Source: Saccharolobus islandicus REY15A (GTDB lineage Archaea; Thermoproteota; Thermoprotei_A; Sulfolobales; Sulfolobaceae). Taken from it: a DNA stretch of 64,000 nucleotides. The position numbers and the translations under genes were made by a program. The notes under the pieces were generated by a model. It made no database searches. It was not told the origin of the DNA and saw only the letters and a list, made by a program, of their open reading frames with translations. Below, one piece after another: positions 43,828 to 55,162 of this stretch (its first letter is position 1; every line of letters begins with the position of its first letter). The stretch lies in assembly GCF_000189555.1 (NCBI RefSeq), contig NC_017276.1. The stretch is one strand, 5' to 3'.

Positions 43828-44028
43828 ATGATGATTCCGATTAGATGTTTTACATGTGGTTCATTGATAGCTGATAAGTGGCAACCATTTATAACAAGAG
43901 TTAATGCAGGAGAAAATCCAGGAAAGGTTCTCGATGACTTAGGTGTAAAAAGATATTGTTGCAGAAGAATGCTTTTATCTCACATAGATATAATTAGTGA
44001 AGTAATCCACTATACTAGACCAATTTGA
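43828..44028 (+). CDS. rpoN: RNA polymerase subunit N (Rpo10)
   Basis: [11 protein letters not shown]...[11 protein letters not shown]. Confidence 0.97.
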   Translation: MMIPIRCFTCGSLIADKWQPFITRVNAGENPGKVLDDLGVKRYCCRRMLLSHIDIISEVIHYTRPI

Positions 44029-44040
44029 AAGGTGATCAAT

Positions 44041-44721
44041 TTGAGTGAAAAGGAAGAAAGAGGAGGAGAATTAACTGAAGCAGAAAAAGAGGAGTTACGA
44101 AAATCCGAAAAAGGTACAATAATAGAATTATTAGTTCCAGTAGAGACTTATCTTTCGGCTGGAGTTCATATAGGCACTCATAGTTGTACTAAATATATGG
44201 AGAGTTTCGTGTATAGAGTAAGAGCAGAAGGATTGTATGTATTAGATGTTAGAAAGATAGATGAAAGATTAAGAATAGCAGCTAAATTCTTATCAAGATA
44301 TGAACCACAAGATATAATTGCAGTAGCGAGTAGGCCTTATGCATATAGGCCAGTCCAAAAGTTCGCAGAAGTGGTAGGAGCTAGAGCATTGGTAGGTAGA
44401 ATAATACCGGGAACTTTTACAAATCCATATTTATCAACATATACAGAACCAAAGGTATTGTTAGTATCCGATCCTAGAACTGATACTCAAGCAATAAAAG
44501 AAGCTGCTAAGGTAGGAATACCAATAGTTGCTTTTGCTGATACTGATGCTAAAATCGATTATATTGATCTCATAATACCGGCCAACAATAAAGGTAGGAA
44601 ATCATTGGCGCTATTATATTGGGCATTAGCTAGGCAAATACTCAGAGAGAAGAGGATAATTCCCCCAGATGGTGATTTGGCGGTACCAGTAAGTGAATTC
44701 GAGATGAGGCTTGTTCAATGA
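44041..44721 (+). CDS. rps2: 30S ribosomal protein S2
   Basis: [28 protein letters not shown]; TTG start after a GGTGA Shine-Dalgarno. Confidence 0.96.
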   Translation: MSEKEERGGELTEAEKEELRKSEKGTIIELLVPVETYLSAGVHIGTHSCTKYMESFVYRVRAEGLYVLDVRKIDERLRIAAKFLSRYEPQDIIAVASRPYAYRPVQKFAEVVGARALVGRIIPGTFTNPYLSTYTEPKVLLVSDPRTDTQAIKEAAKVGIPIVAFADTDAKIDYIDLIIPANNKGRKSLALLYWALARQILREKRIIPPDGDLAVPVSEFEMRLVQ

Positions 44722-45572
44722 AGAGATTACCAGCGGTTGCAGGTTCTTTTTATGAATCAGATCCGAAAAAACTTAAAATGCAGATTGAGTGGTCATTCAG
44801 ACATAATATAGGTCCAAGAGATATTCCTAAACAAACTTACGAGAAGAAGAAAAGAGATAATTTATTTTTTGTCGTGCCCCATGCTGGATATATTTATAGC
44901 GGCCCCGTGGCAGCTCACTCATATTATTATTTGGTTTCAGAAGGTAGGCCAGATGTTGTGATAATATTAGGTCCTAATCATACCGGTTTGGGTTCTTATG
45001 TTTCTGCCTGGCCTAAGGGAGAATGGGAAACTCCATTAGGTAGTGTGAAAATAGATGAAGAAATTTTAATGGAATTAGTAAAGGAATCGGAAGTGATAGA
45101 CTTAGATGAAAAATCGCACTTATACGAACATTCAATCGAGGTTCAATTGCCATTTTTGCAGTACTTTTTTGATGATGACTTTAAGATAGTTCCAATTGTA
45201 ATTATGATGCAAACCCCTGAAATTGCCGAATTCCTAGCAGATGCAATTTATAATGTTATGCAAAAGAATCCAGATAAGGATATAGTAGTCTTGGCAAGTA
45301 GTGATATGAACCATTACGACCCACATGAGATTACGGTAAAGAAAGATGAGGAAGCAATAGAAAAAATCCAACAATTAGATTATAAGGGTTTATACGAGGT
45401 TGTAGAAGGTAAAGATGTTACTTTATGTGGCTATGGTCCTATAATGGTTAACCTAATCCTAGCTAAGAAGTTCGGTAAAAAAGCCTATATTTTGAAACAT
45501 GCAACTTCTGGTGACACTTCGGGACCTAAAGATTCAGTTGTGGGTTATCTTGCAGCGCGTTTTGGGAGTTAG
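44718..45572 (+). CDS. amrB: MEMO1 family protein (AmmeMemoRadiSam protein B)
   Basis: [45 protein letters not shown]. Confidence 0.92.
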   Translation: MKRLPAVAGSFYESDPKKLKMQIEWSFRHNIGPRDIPKQTYEKKKRDNLFFVVPHAGYIYSGPVAAHSYYYLVSEGRPDVVIILGPNHTGLGSYVSAWPKGEWETPLGSVKIDEEILMELVKESEVIDLDEKSHLYEHSIEVQLPFLQYFFDDDFKIVPIVIMMQTPEIAEFLADAIYNVMQKNPDKDIVVLASSDMNHYDPHEITVKKDEEAIEKIQQLDYKGLYEVVEGKDVTLCGYGPIMVNLILAKKFGKKAYILKHATSGDTSGPKDSVVGYLAARFGS

Positions 45573-46166
45573 AGTTCCGTTTCTCGGAATCCCTCTAAAA
45601 GGAGTAAATAATCCGATTCTGGTACTTGACGGAATCATAGAGCCATTAAACATTTTTGTGAAGACTGAGGCAATTGGCCAGTTTATAAGGCAATTTAATG
45701 AGGCAATTGGCTTTCAGTGCGTTAAGGAGGAGGAATATTGGGATTCCTCGATTCCCTTCTCTTCATATTATATTTACGTTACTGAGAAGTTGGCAAATGA
45801 TGCTATAAGAAATTGTGAGGTCCCAATGAGTGAAGATGAGAAATTTGAAATCCTTCACCTAGTGGATGAGGCAATATTCCCCCAAAACTCTTTAGTTAAG
45901 GCACTCCGAACTTCACAACAACTTAATTCCCCCATCCTCTTTAGAGATGGTGAAGAACCAATTAGAATTCAATTAGAATCAATTAAAATTAAAGTAGTTT
46001 CCTCATACCCTTTTGATGGCAATCCTAAATATCTAGATAATTCGCTAATTCATCTAACTGGTATTATTCCAGTTGAATATGCTGAGAGTAAAGCACGAAA
46101 TCTGATAGAATTTGAAAATGGACTATGGAGTGCTATATATTCCTTACCGTATTTAAAAATAAATAA

Positions 46167-47991
<1,825 letters not shown>

Positions 47992-47992
47992 A

Positions 47993-48988
47993 ATGACTGA
48001 CGAATTAAGTTCGTATTTTAATGATATAGTCAACAATGTAAATTTTCATATAAAAAATTTTGTAAAGAGCAATGTTAGAACGCTTGAGGAAGCATCGTTT
48101 CATTTATTTACAGCTGGGGGCAAAAGACTTAGACCCTTAATTCTGGTTTCATCGTCAGACTTAATTGGCGGGGACAGGCAAAGGGCATATAAGGCAGCAG
48201 CTGCCGTGGAGATTCTTCACAACTTTACTCTAGTTCATGACGACATAATGGATAGGGATTACCTAAGAAGAGGATTACCAACTGTTCATGTAAAGTGGGG
48301 TGAACCAATGGCAATACTTGCAGGGGATTACTTACACGCTAAAGCTTTTGAAGCCTTAAATGAGGCTCTAAAAGGTCTTGACGGGGATACGTTTTATAAG
48401 GCTTTTTCCATATTTATTAATTCTATCGAGATAATATCGGAAGGTCAAGCAATGGATATGTCATTTGAAAATAGAGTAGATGTAACTGAAGAAGAGTATG
48501 TACAAATGATAAAAGGAAAGACTGCAATGTTATTTTCATGCTCTGCAGCATTAGGCGGTATAATTAACAAGGCTAGCGATGATATAATTAAAAATTTAAT
48601 TGAATATGGATTAAATTTAGGCATATCATTTCAAATAGTGGATGATATCTTAGGAATTATTGGAGATGAAAAGGAATTAGGGAAACCAGTTTACAGTGAT
48701 ATTAGGGAAGGTAAGAAAACAATTCTTGTTATAAAAACTTTAAGTGAAGCTAAAGACGATGAAAAGAAAATTCTGGTTTCTACGCTTGGGAATAGGGAGG
48801 CTAAAAAGGACGATCTTGAGAGAGCGTCGGAAATAATAAGGAAGTATTCATTGCAATATGCATACAATTTAGCTAAAAAGTACTCAGATCTTGCATTAGA
48901 ACACTTGCGTAAAATTCCAGTTTACAATGAAACTGCTGAAAAGGCTTTAAAATATCTAGCGCAGTTTACCATTGAAAGGAGAAAGTAA
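47993..48988 (+). CDS. gds: Geranylgeranyl diphosphate synthase
   Basis: GGKRLRP, FTLVHDDIMD..LRRG (FARM), FQIVDD (SARM), DIREGK. Confidence 0.95.
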   Translation: MTDELSSYFNDIVNNVNFHIKNFVKSNVRTLEEASFHLFTAGGKRLRPLILVSSSDLIGGDRQRAYKAAAAVEILHNFTLVHDDIMDRDYLRRGLPTVHVKWGEPMAILAGDYLHAKAFEALNEALKGLDGDTFYKAFSIFINSIEIISEGQAMDMSFENRVDVTEEEYVQMIKGKTAMLFSCSAALGGIINKASDDIIKNLIEYGLNLGISFQIVDDILGIIGDEKELGKPVYSDIREGKKTILVIKTLSEAKDDEKKILVSTLGNREAKKDDLERASEIIRKYSLQYAYNLAKKYSDLALEHLRKIPVYNETAEKALKYLAQFTIERRK

Positions 48989-49957
48989 ATGAGCATATCG
49001 GGAATATTGCTTTCAATTTTTATATCCTTTTTCATAAGCTATATCACAACAGTCTGGGTAATAAGACAAGCAAAAAAGAGTGGGCTTGTAGGTAAGGATG
49101 TAAATAAACCAGATAAACCGGAAATACCACAAATGGGTGGGATAAGTATAATAGCTGGGTTTATAGCGGGATCCTTCTCCTTATTACTAACTGATGTAAG
49201 AAGTGAGAGAGTAATTCCATCTGTAATACTCTCCTCATTGCTTATAGCATTTCTTGGGCTATTAGATGATATATTTAACGTTAGGCAATCAGTAAGAGCA
49301 TTTCTACCAATTTTCGCATCAGTTCCGCTAATAGTTTACAGCGTTGGACACTCAGTAATATCAATTCCATTTTTAGGTCCGGTAAATTTCGGAATATTGT
49401 ATTATGTCATAATAATACCTTTTGCGTTAACGATAACATCTAATGCCTTCAATATGCTAGAGGGTCTAAACGGGTTGGGTGTAGGTATGGGGATTATAAT
49501 GTTATCTGCATTAGCGTATATAGGACTAACTCATGGTGGCTCTTCATACCAAGCTGGTTTAGTGGCACTTTCAGCAATTTTTTCATTAGTGGCTTTTCTC
49601 TTATTTAATAAATATCCTGCGAAAATATTTCCAGGTAATGTTGGCACGTATTTCATAGGAGCATTGATAGGAGCCATAGGAATTGCGGGTTTCATGTACA
49701 CTGCATTAGCGATTCTCTATATACCATACGTTGTGGAATTCATATTAAAGTTAAGAACAAAGTTTAAGGGAGTATCGTTTGGCAAAGTTGACTCTTCTGG
49801 TAGATTATATTGGGATGAAAAGCCTCATTCATTAACACATATAGTAATGAAAATGGGCCGATTTAAGGAGTATCAAGTGGTTATAATTTTATGGGGAGTA
49901 GAAGCAATATTCGCAATAATAGCTGTAATTCTACAAAGTGTAACAATAGTAATATAA
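48989..49957 (+). CDS. aglH: UDP-GlcNAc:dolichyl-phosphate GlcNAc-1-phosphotransferase (MraY/GPT family)
   Basis: KDVNK, PQMGG, GLLDD, NAFNMLEGLNG, FPGNVG. Confidence 0.9.
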   Translation: MSISGILLSIFISFFISYITTVWVIRQAKKSGLVGKDVNKPDKPEIPQMGGISIIAGFIAGSFSLLLTDVRSERVIPSVILSSLLIAFLGLLDDIFNVRQSVRAFLPIFASVPLIVYSVGHSVISIPFLGPVNFGILYYVIIIPFALTITSNAFNMLEGLNGLGVGMGIIMLSALAYIGLTHGGSSYQAGLVALSAIFSLVAFLLFNKYPAKIFPGNVGTYFIGALIGAIGIAGFMYTALAILYIPYVVEFILKLRTKFKGVSFGKVDSSGRLYWDEKPHSLTHIVMKMGRFKEYQVVIILWGVEAIFAIIAVILQSVTIVI

Positions 49958-50012
49958 CAGAACTCTTGGCATTTATCAATACTCTTAAAAATCATTAAAG
50001 ATATATATAGAT

Positions 50013-50322
50013 GGGGCCAGGGAGGGTGGGGGATCTCGCCAATCCCTGTGACCCGCAAGGCGTAATGCGGGCACCAGTAACTCCTACCCCATGGTGTCTC
50101 CTATCTGTAGGTCCCAGTGGAGCTATGAAGGCTGCCCAGCGGGGCTTGGCGGTCATGGGCTTCCTCTCCGGAGGGAGGGGAAGTACCACGATAGCTGGGG
50201 GAATCGGCGAGGCCCGGAAGGGAGCAGCCGTGCCCGGACGCCAGCGTTCGCTGGTCAACAGCCAGAGTGAAACTGGGGCAAGCCTATAGATAGGTAGGCC
50301 ATGGAGTAGGGGGTCTGGCCCC
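50013..50322 (+). ncRNA. ffs: Signal recognition particle (7S) RNA
   Basis: 310-nt GC-rich block, terminal helix GGGGCCAG/CTGGCCCC, helix-8 motif GAGGCCCGGAAGGGAGCAGC. Confidence 0.95.
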
Positions 50323-50362
50323 ATAAAGCATAAAAAGGGATAAAGCATACTATTAAAGTAGT

Positions 50363-50447
<85 letters not shown>

Positions 50448-50734
50448 CATATAAATTTTCTATCTTGATTATATTTCTAGCAATAAGATAAATATCGTGA
50501 AGTGCTAGGTGTTCCTCTTTCGCTTTAAGGAGAAATATAATATATACCAGGTTCTTATTATTTAAACATTATCGTGAGAATAATTACTATCACTATCATT
50601 CTTTGTCTTGACATTATATGAATTTTATAGTTGCTTAAAGTTTAATATAAAATCAAATATTATTTTGATTATGCTTATAATTGAATTTACGATAATTAAC
50701 AATATTATATTTTATAATCATAGAAGTAATAAAG

Positions 50735-50821
50735 CGCCGGAGGGAGGACTCGAACCTCCGACCACCCGGTTTCTGCACCCGGCATAACAGCCGGGCGCTC
50801 TGCCAACTGAGCTACTCCGGC
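50735..50821 (-). tRNA. tRNA-Asn(GTT) with 14-nt intron (50771..50784) at 37/38
   Basis: Acceptor GCCGGAG/CTCCGGC, stem CCCGG/CCGGG, GTT at 50788-50786, BHB helix CTGT/GCAG. Confidence 0.94.
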
Positions 50822-50894
50822 GAGAAACAATACTATTCATGGGATAAAAAGTTATCTTTAGCCAGCCTTGATTAAAACCTTAAAGATTTTCTAT

Positions 50895-51335
50895 TTAACG
50901 CCTTATTTTTACCTCATTTAACATTTCGTCCAACTTCTCATCCCATATCTCGCTAAACCATTCCTTAATGTGCATAATCTCTTCATCAGCTAAGGCTGAT
51001 ATAAGTACCTTTATTTCGCTTTTTGGCAATTCTTGTAATGATGAGAAATACATTGAAGAGATTTTAACTAGATCTTTATAGCCCCTATCCTCTAAGGATT
51101 TAGAAATGCTAAAGATTTTCGATCTGGGTACGCTATAATGTATTATTTCCCTATCTTTATTATCCTCAACTATGCTATATAAGTTTAGTATCAATAATGC
51201 AGATATCACCTCCCTCCAAGATTTTTGAATCTCTTTGCGAGCCTCATCGATCAAACCGCTTTCAAGGTAAAATAGGGAAATTTTTACTCTTCTAACCGAA
51301 TTGATAAGTAAAGATTTTGCTTTATTTCTTGTCAT
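50895..51335 (-). CDS. PaREP1/HEPN-like protein
   Basis: All-helical 146 aa; YLESGLIDEARKEIQKSWREVISALL resembles the PaREP1 N-terminal pattern. Confidence 0.55.
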   Translation of the reverse strand: MTRNKAKSLLINSVRRVKISLFYLESGLIDEARKEIQKSWREVISALLILNLYSIVEDNKDREIIHYSVPRSKIFSISKSLEDRGYKDLVKISSMYFSSLQELPKSEIKVLISALADEEIMHIKEWFSEIWDEKLDEMLNEVKIRR

Positions 51336-51353
51336 AATTTCAAACCCATGAGA

Positions 51354-51398
51354 TGGAGCCGGTGGGATTCGAACCCGCGATCACCAGGGCCAAGCCTG
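51354..51398 (-). repeat. Diverged duplicate of the tRNA-Pro 3' half (att-like direct repeat)
   Basis: 42 of 46 positions match 57711..57756 (3 substitutions, 1 deletion), same strand. Confidence 0.9.
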
Positions 51399-52630
51399 AC
51401 CGGTAGGGGGTTCCCTTACTACCCCCATTGGGGGCGTTCAGTAATAAACCTTTCGGTCAAACTTCAAACATAGTATTAGCTAACATTACCACGTGGGTCC
51501 TTTCAACCCACGTGGCGATTCGGGGGGAGGGATTCACCTATTTAGGCTCATAAGGCTTATTATTATACCAAACACTCCAAACAGTCCTTGCCAACTTCCT
51601 AGCCAAGGCAGTATACAACTTCTTACCTTGAAGCCTATCCTTATGAGACTCATAAAACTTCAGCAAAGTAGGATTCCTAGAATAATTCCTCCCTGTCAAA
51701 AAGTAAAACAAACTACGCAAGTACTTATTACCCCTCTTAGAAATACCCTTACTTATCACAGCCTTTCCACTCCTTTCAACAAGAGGATCAAGACCACAAT
51801 AAGCAACAAATGATTCCGGCCTAGGAAAACGCTTAACATCACCAACAATACCAATAATAATACCAGCTGCAAGCCTCCCAACACCCGGGATCGTTAACAA
51901 AACGTGATCTTGAGGAACTTGTTCCTCAATCATCCTCCTAACCTCCTCCAATTTCTCTTGCGTTTCTAGGAGTGTCTTTGCTAGGACTTTGATTTCTTCA
52001 AGCACTATTGGTGTGTATTCAAGTTGGTAGAGCTCTTCTTGTGTAAAATCTCCCTTTGCAAGTCTTTCTAACCTATCCTTGCTTATCTTATCGTTATCAC
52101 TTACTAGGAATAATGCCCTCTTCAACCTATTCTTGTACTTCGTCTCTATGTCCTTTAGGAAGAGGTAGAGTGTTACCAATTCCCTTAAGGGGTTATACTC
52201 GTACTCCTTAGCCTTATTAACCATGTTTTCTAATTTTTCAGCGTCGTAAAAATCTGTTTTCTTTCCCCTAAACTCCTTTTCCCTTGATAACACGTTTGGG
52301 CTAACTTGTAGTACTTTTATTCCTTTCTCCTTGAAGTATTGGCAAGGCCTTATTGCGTAAACTCCAGTGGGCTCTAAAACTATTGCGCAAGGTTTCATCT
52401 TGAGGATTTCCTCATAACCCTCCTTGTTATTCTCGTACCTTCTCACCCTCCCCCTACTAGTTATTAAATAATCTTTTGATATATCATTCCAATTACCCCT
52501 ACCTCTTTATCACACCTATATGCGTGGATTTTTCCACAATGTTCAGTCCGACAGTAGGGGTCGGTCACGCCGGAAACCGAAGACTTAGCTTCAGAAATAC
52601 TACCGACCATACTCCCAACCCTAGGAGTAT
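51399..52630 (-). mobile_element. IS110-family element (ISC1229-like); boundaries approximate
   Basis: Higher-GC block with a DEDD transposase, no terminal IR or target duplication seen, structured non-coding ends. Confidence 0.85.
51538..52610 (-). pseudogene. IS110 transposase with a single 1-nt deletion near 52486
   Basis: Upstream frame ...DKEVGVIG joins the downstream DISKDYLITSRGRVRRY if one base is restored (GGA AT- GAT). LEPTG, KTDFYD and ERSG catalytic motifs are intact. Confidence 0.88.
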
Positions 52631-52673
52631 TACTCTTTACTCTCTAGAGCTAATAAAACCTATATAGGAAATA

Positions 52674-52937
52674 CTACGGCAGTTTACCTTTCACGAACTT
52701 ATCAAAGTCCTCGGACTTTAGCACGTTACCGTTCTCATCGATTATACCTTTTTCTCTTAAAGCGGCCAAATCGTCATTGTTCAGTCTTGATAAGATTGTA
52801 CTTTGCAGATTGTTTAACTTACTTCTCAATACGTCTTCTATTTCCGTAGTCGTCCTCCCTTTAATTTCCTCTATTAGCCTTCTTTTAAAATTAGAATCTT
52901 TTTTAGCCTTATTTAAGTTAAATGATTTCTCATACAT
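52674..52937 (-). CDS. Hypothetical protein or gene fragment
   Basis: 87-aa charged ORF next to the IS110 end; no motif recognised. Confidence 0.4.
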   Translation of the reverse strand: MYEKSFNLNKAKKDSNFKRRLIEEIKGRTTTEIEDVLRSKLNNLQSTILSRLNNDDLAALREKGIIDENGNVLKSEDFDKFVKGKLP

Positions 52938-53109
52938 TTGAAATTTAGTTTAAGCTCTTCTAAATTCACTTTCATCAAATGTTTAAAATATATAATAAAA
53001 ATTAAAGAAAGTATAATATCCCTTTCTTACAAGCTAAATCTTACGTTAAGTTGAAAATAAATTTCTAATTTAAATGATTTATACTAAATTAACAAAGTTG
53101 TTGTCCAAA

Positions 53110-53340
53110 CTCGGATAAAGGAAAAGAAATACTAAGTAAAGGGATAGAGACTATAAGTCTTTCCAAACTCGTAAGAGGAGGGAATTAGCAAATGATGCTT
53201 ATAAAATATCTCTCCGTTATAATCTAACGATTTATGATACTAGTCTAGTAGCATTAGCAATCAAGATTAATGATAAGATTTGACTATTGAAAATCTGGAA
53301 AAGTTTAGGGAAATATCAGTATATTTTATATATCCTCTTA
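53110..53340 (+). pseudogene. VapC/PIN-domain toxin relic
   Basis: 53182-53283 reads ELANDAYKISLRYNLTIYDTSLVALAIKINDKI*, matching the PIN C-terminal LTIYDAxYxALA pattern; broken by frameshifts. Confidence 0.6.
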
Positions 53341-53691
53341 GAACATTAATAAGACAAAATACTAACGAAATTAGTAAACGTTTCTGAAAATGTTCTCTTC
53401 ATAGGTTAAAGCCTCCGAAATACTTAAAACTAACAAAGAAACACTCTCCAATGGAAAATCTTTCAATTATCTGTTAGGGGACTAGGTGGTGTCTCAACCA
53501 ATAATAAAAATTCTAGTCTGAGCTGAATGTTAGTAATAAAACTCCTAGGTAAAATAGGTTATAAAGTATTAAAAATTACAATTTATTTAACTATGAGTTA
53601 ATTAGAGAATAATTAATATGCTTAGTAATATGATAGCGAAAAAATTTAAATAAATAAATCCTAACAAGTGAATTAAAAAATTTCACTTAAT

Positions 53692-53820
53692 CTATTTATC
53701 TTTATTTTTCTTTGGAGATGCTTTCTTAGCCTCTTCCTTTACTTTCTCTCCAGCTTTCTGCATTTCACTTCCTACTGATTTAGCGGCATCCTTCATTTTA
53801 TCCTTTACCTTTTTTGCCAT
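53692..53820 (-). CDS. 42-aa Lys/Ala-rich peptide with three 11-mer repeats (LEA/CsbD-like hydrophilin)
   Basis: MAKKVKDKMKDAAKSVGSEMQKAGEKVKEEAKKASPKKNKDK*; GC-enriched relative to its flanks; AAAAAG-TTAAATA (BRE/TATA) about 25 nt upstream; missed by the ORF track. Confidence 0.72.
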   Translation of the reverse strand: MAKKVKDKMKDAAKSVGSEMQKAGEKVKEEAKKASPKKNKDK

Positions 53821-53940
53821 TAAACTATATTACTTTTTCTACTATTTAACTTTTTGGTATATAATTTCGAAATAATAATTAGAAAAAAATTAATTTGATA
53901 AATCATTATCTATTTCTATATAGTATTTAACATAATCATT

Positions 53941-54147
53941 ATGAGATTTAATCTCAATTTTAATTCGATAAAGGAAAATCTCATATCTGCTAAAATTAAT
54001 CTAGAACTTCTTTCGGATTTGCTAGAAGAATATAGGCTTCTTAATAGTAACCGCAACGAGCTTATAACTTCTCTTAATGCAAAATACAGAAAAATATCGA
54101 GCAGTATTTATCGGAATACCGTCTCGCTCTATAATTCTTATAGATGA
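53941..54147 (+). CDS. Hypothetical 68-aa protein
   Basis: ATG-started ORF with coiled-coil-like Leu spacing; no other support. Confidence 0.35.
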   Translation: MRFNLNFNSIKENLISAKINLELLSDLLEEYRLLNSNRNELITSLNAKYRKISSSIYRNTVSLYNSYR

Positions 54148-54331
54148 TGCTTGAAAATCTTTCAGATAAATAATAAAATATAAACATATTAAAAGTATAT
54201 ACTTTTAATCTTAATTATAATTCTTAGAAGATACTAATGACTCCTAGAAATTTCCGTAAAATGTTACACTAGATTTGTCTCTCCTTTTTTACTCGTTGTA
54301 AATGTTATTAAAAAGACTATATAGATTATTA

Positions 54332-55065
54332 CAGTGTGTCCAACAATTTTTGTTTTTTGTATAAAACATTTGTAGGGCGGTGAGGTTGTATTATTGAGGA
54401 ACCATGATTAGCAAGACCAAATTAAGGCACCTCACCGCCCTAATGTTAAGTTCTGTTTTTTCAGCTTTAAACCTTTCTCCACGTTTTCACACTATTGATG
54501 AGGTTGCTAAAGCATTATCAGCCTACTACTTGGGTCTTTCTTTGAGGAGGGTTGAAGCCTTGTTTCACGTCCCTAGAAATACTGTCCAGTATTATTGGAG
54601 GAAGTTAGCTAATTACTCTTCTCCCCCCTCGTGTAGCGGTTATTATGCAGTTGACGAGACTAGGATTAGAGTAGTGAATGGTTTACTTTACTGGTTGTGG
54701 GTTGTGAGGGATTTGAACACGGGAAAAGTGGTTGCAGTTAGGCTTTCAGAAACTAGGAGCGGGCTAGACGTTATACTCTTACTGGAGGGTGGTGGAATAA
54801 GGGTGGAAGAGGTTAGGGAGATACTTCACGACGGCGGACCTTGGTATAATATACTTTCAACACTCGGCGTTAACCATGAACACGAGACTTTTGGCAAGAG
54901 AAACCTAGTTGAACAAATGTTCAGAAGTTTAAAGTTAAGGCTTGCAAGTATGGACAAACACTTCCCACACAATGCCAGTAAGGCTACAATACTGAGGTGG
55001 GTTAAGGCGTTCTTCACCTTATACAACCTCTTACAACAAGGTGAATGAAATTGTTGGACACACTC
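54332..55065 (+). mobile_element. IS6-family element (ISC735-like), 734 bp, intact
   Basis: 17-bp perfect IR AGTGTGTCCAACAATTT (54333-49 / 55048-64); 8-bp target duplication GATTATTA (54324-31 and 55066-73). Confidence 0.93.
54404..55048 (+). CDS. IS6-family DDE transposase
   Basis: HTH, then AVDET, HDGG and VEQ (D-D-E). Confidence 0.92.
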   Translation: MISKTKLRHLTALMLSSVFSALNLSPRFHTIDEVAKALSAYYLGLSLRRVEALFHVPRNTVQYYWRKLANYSSPPSCSGYYAVDETRIRVVNGLLYWLWVVRDLNTGKVVAVRLSETRSGLDVILLLEGGGIRVEEVREILHDGGPWYNILSTLGVNHEHETFGKRNLVEQMFRSLKLRLASMDKHFPHNASKATILRWVKAFFTLYNLLQQGE

Positions 55066-55162
55066 GATTATTAAATGGTTTAATATATAAATAACTTTTA
55101 TGAATTTCATAACTCTAAGATAGCTAAATTTTTAAACTTTATATGAATTTACATTTTTAGAT

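Noticed and set aside
51493-51813. 106-aa (+) ORF
   Set aside because: Antisense to the IS110 transposase. The same applies to 54826..55110 and 56735..57130 in the other IS elements.
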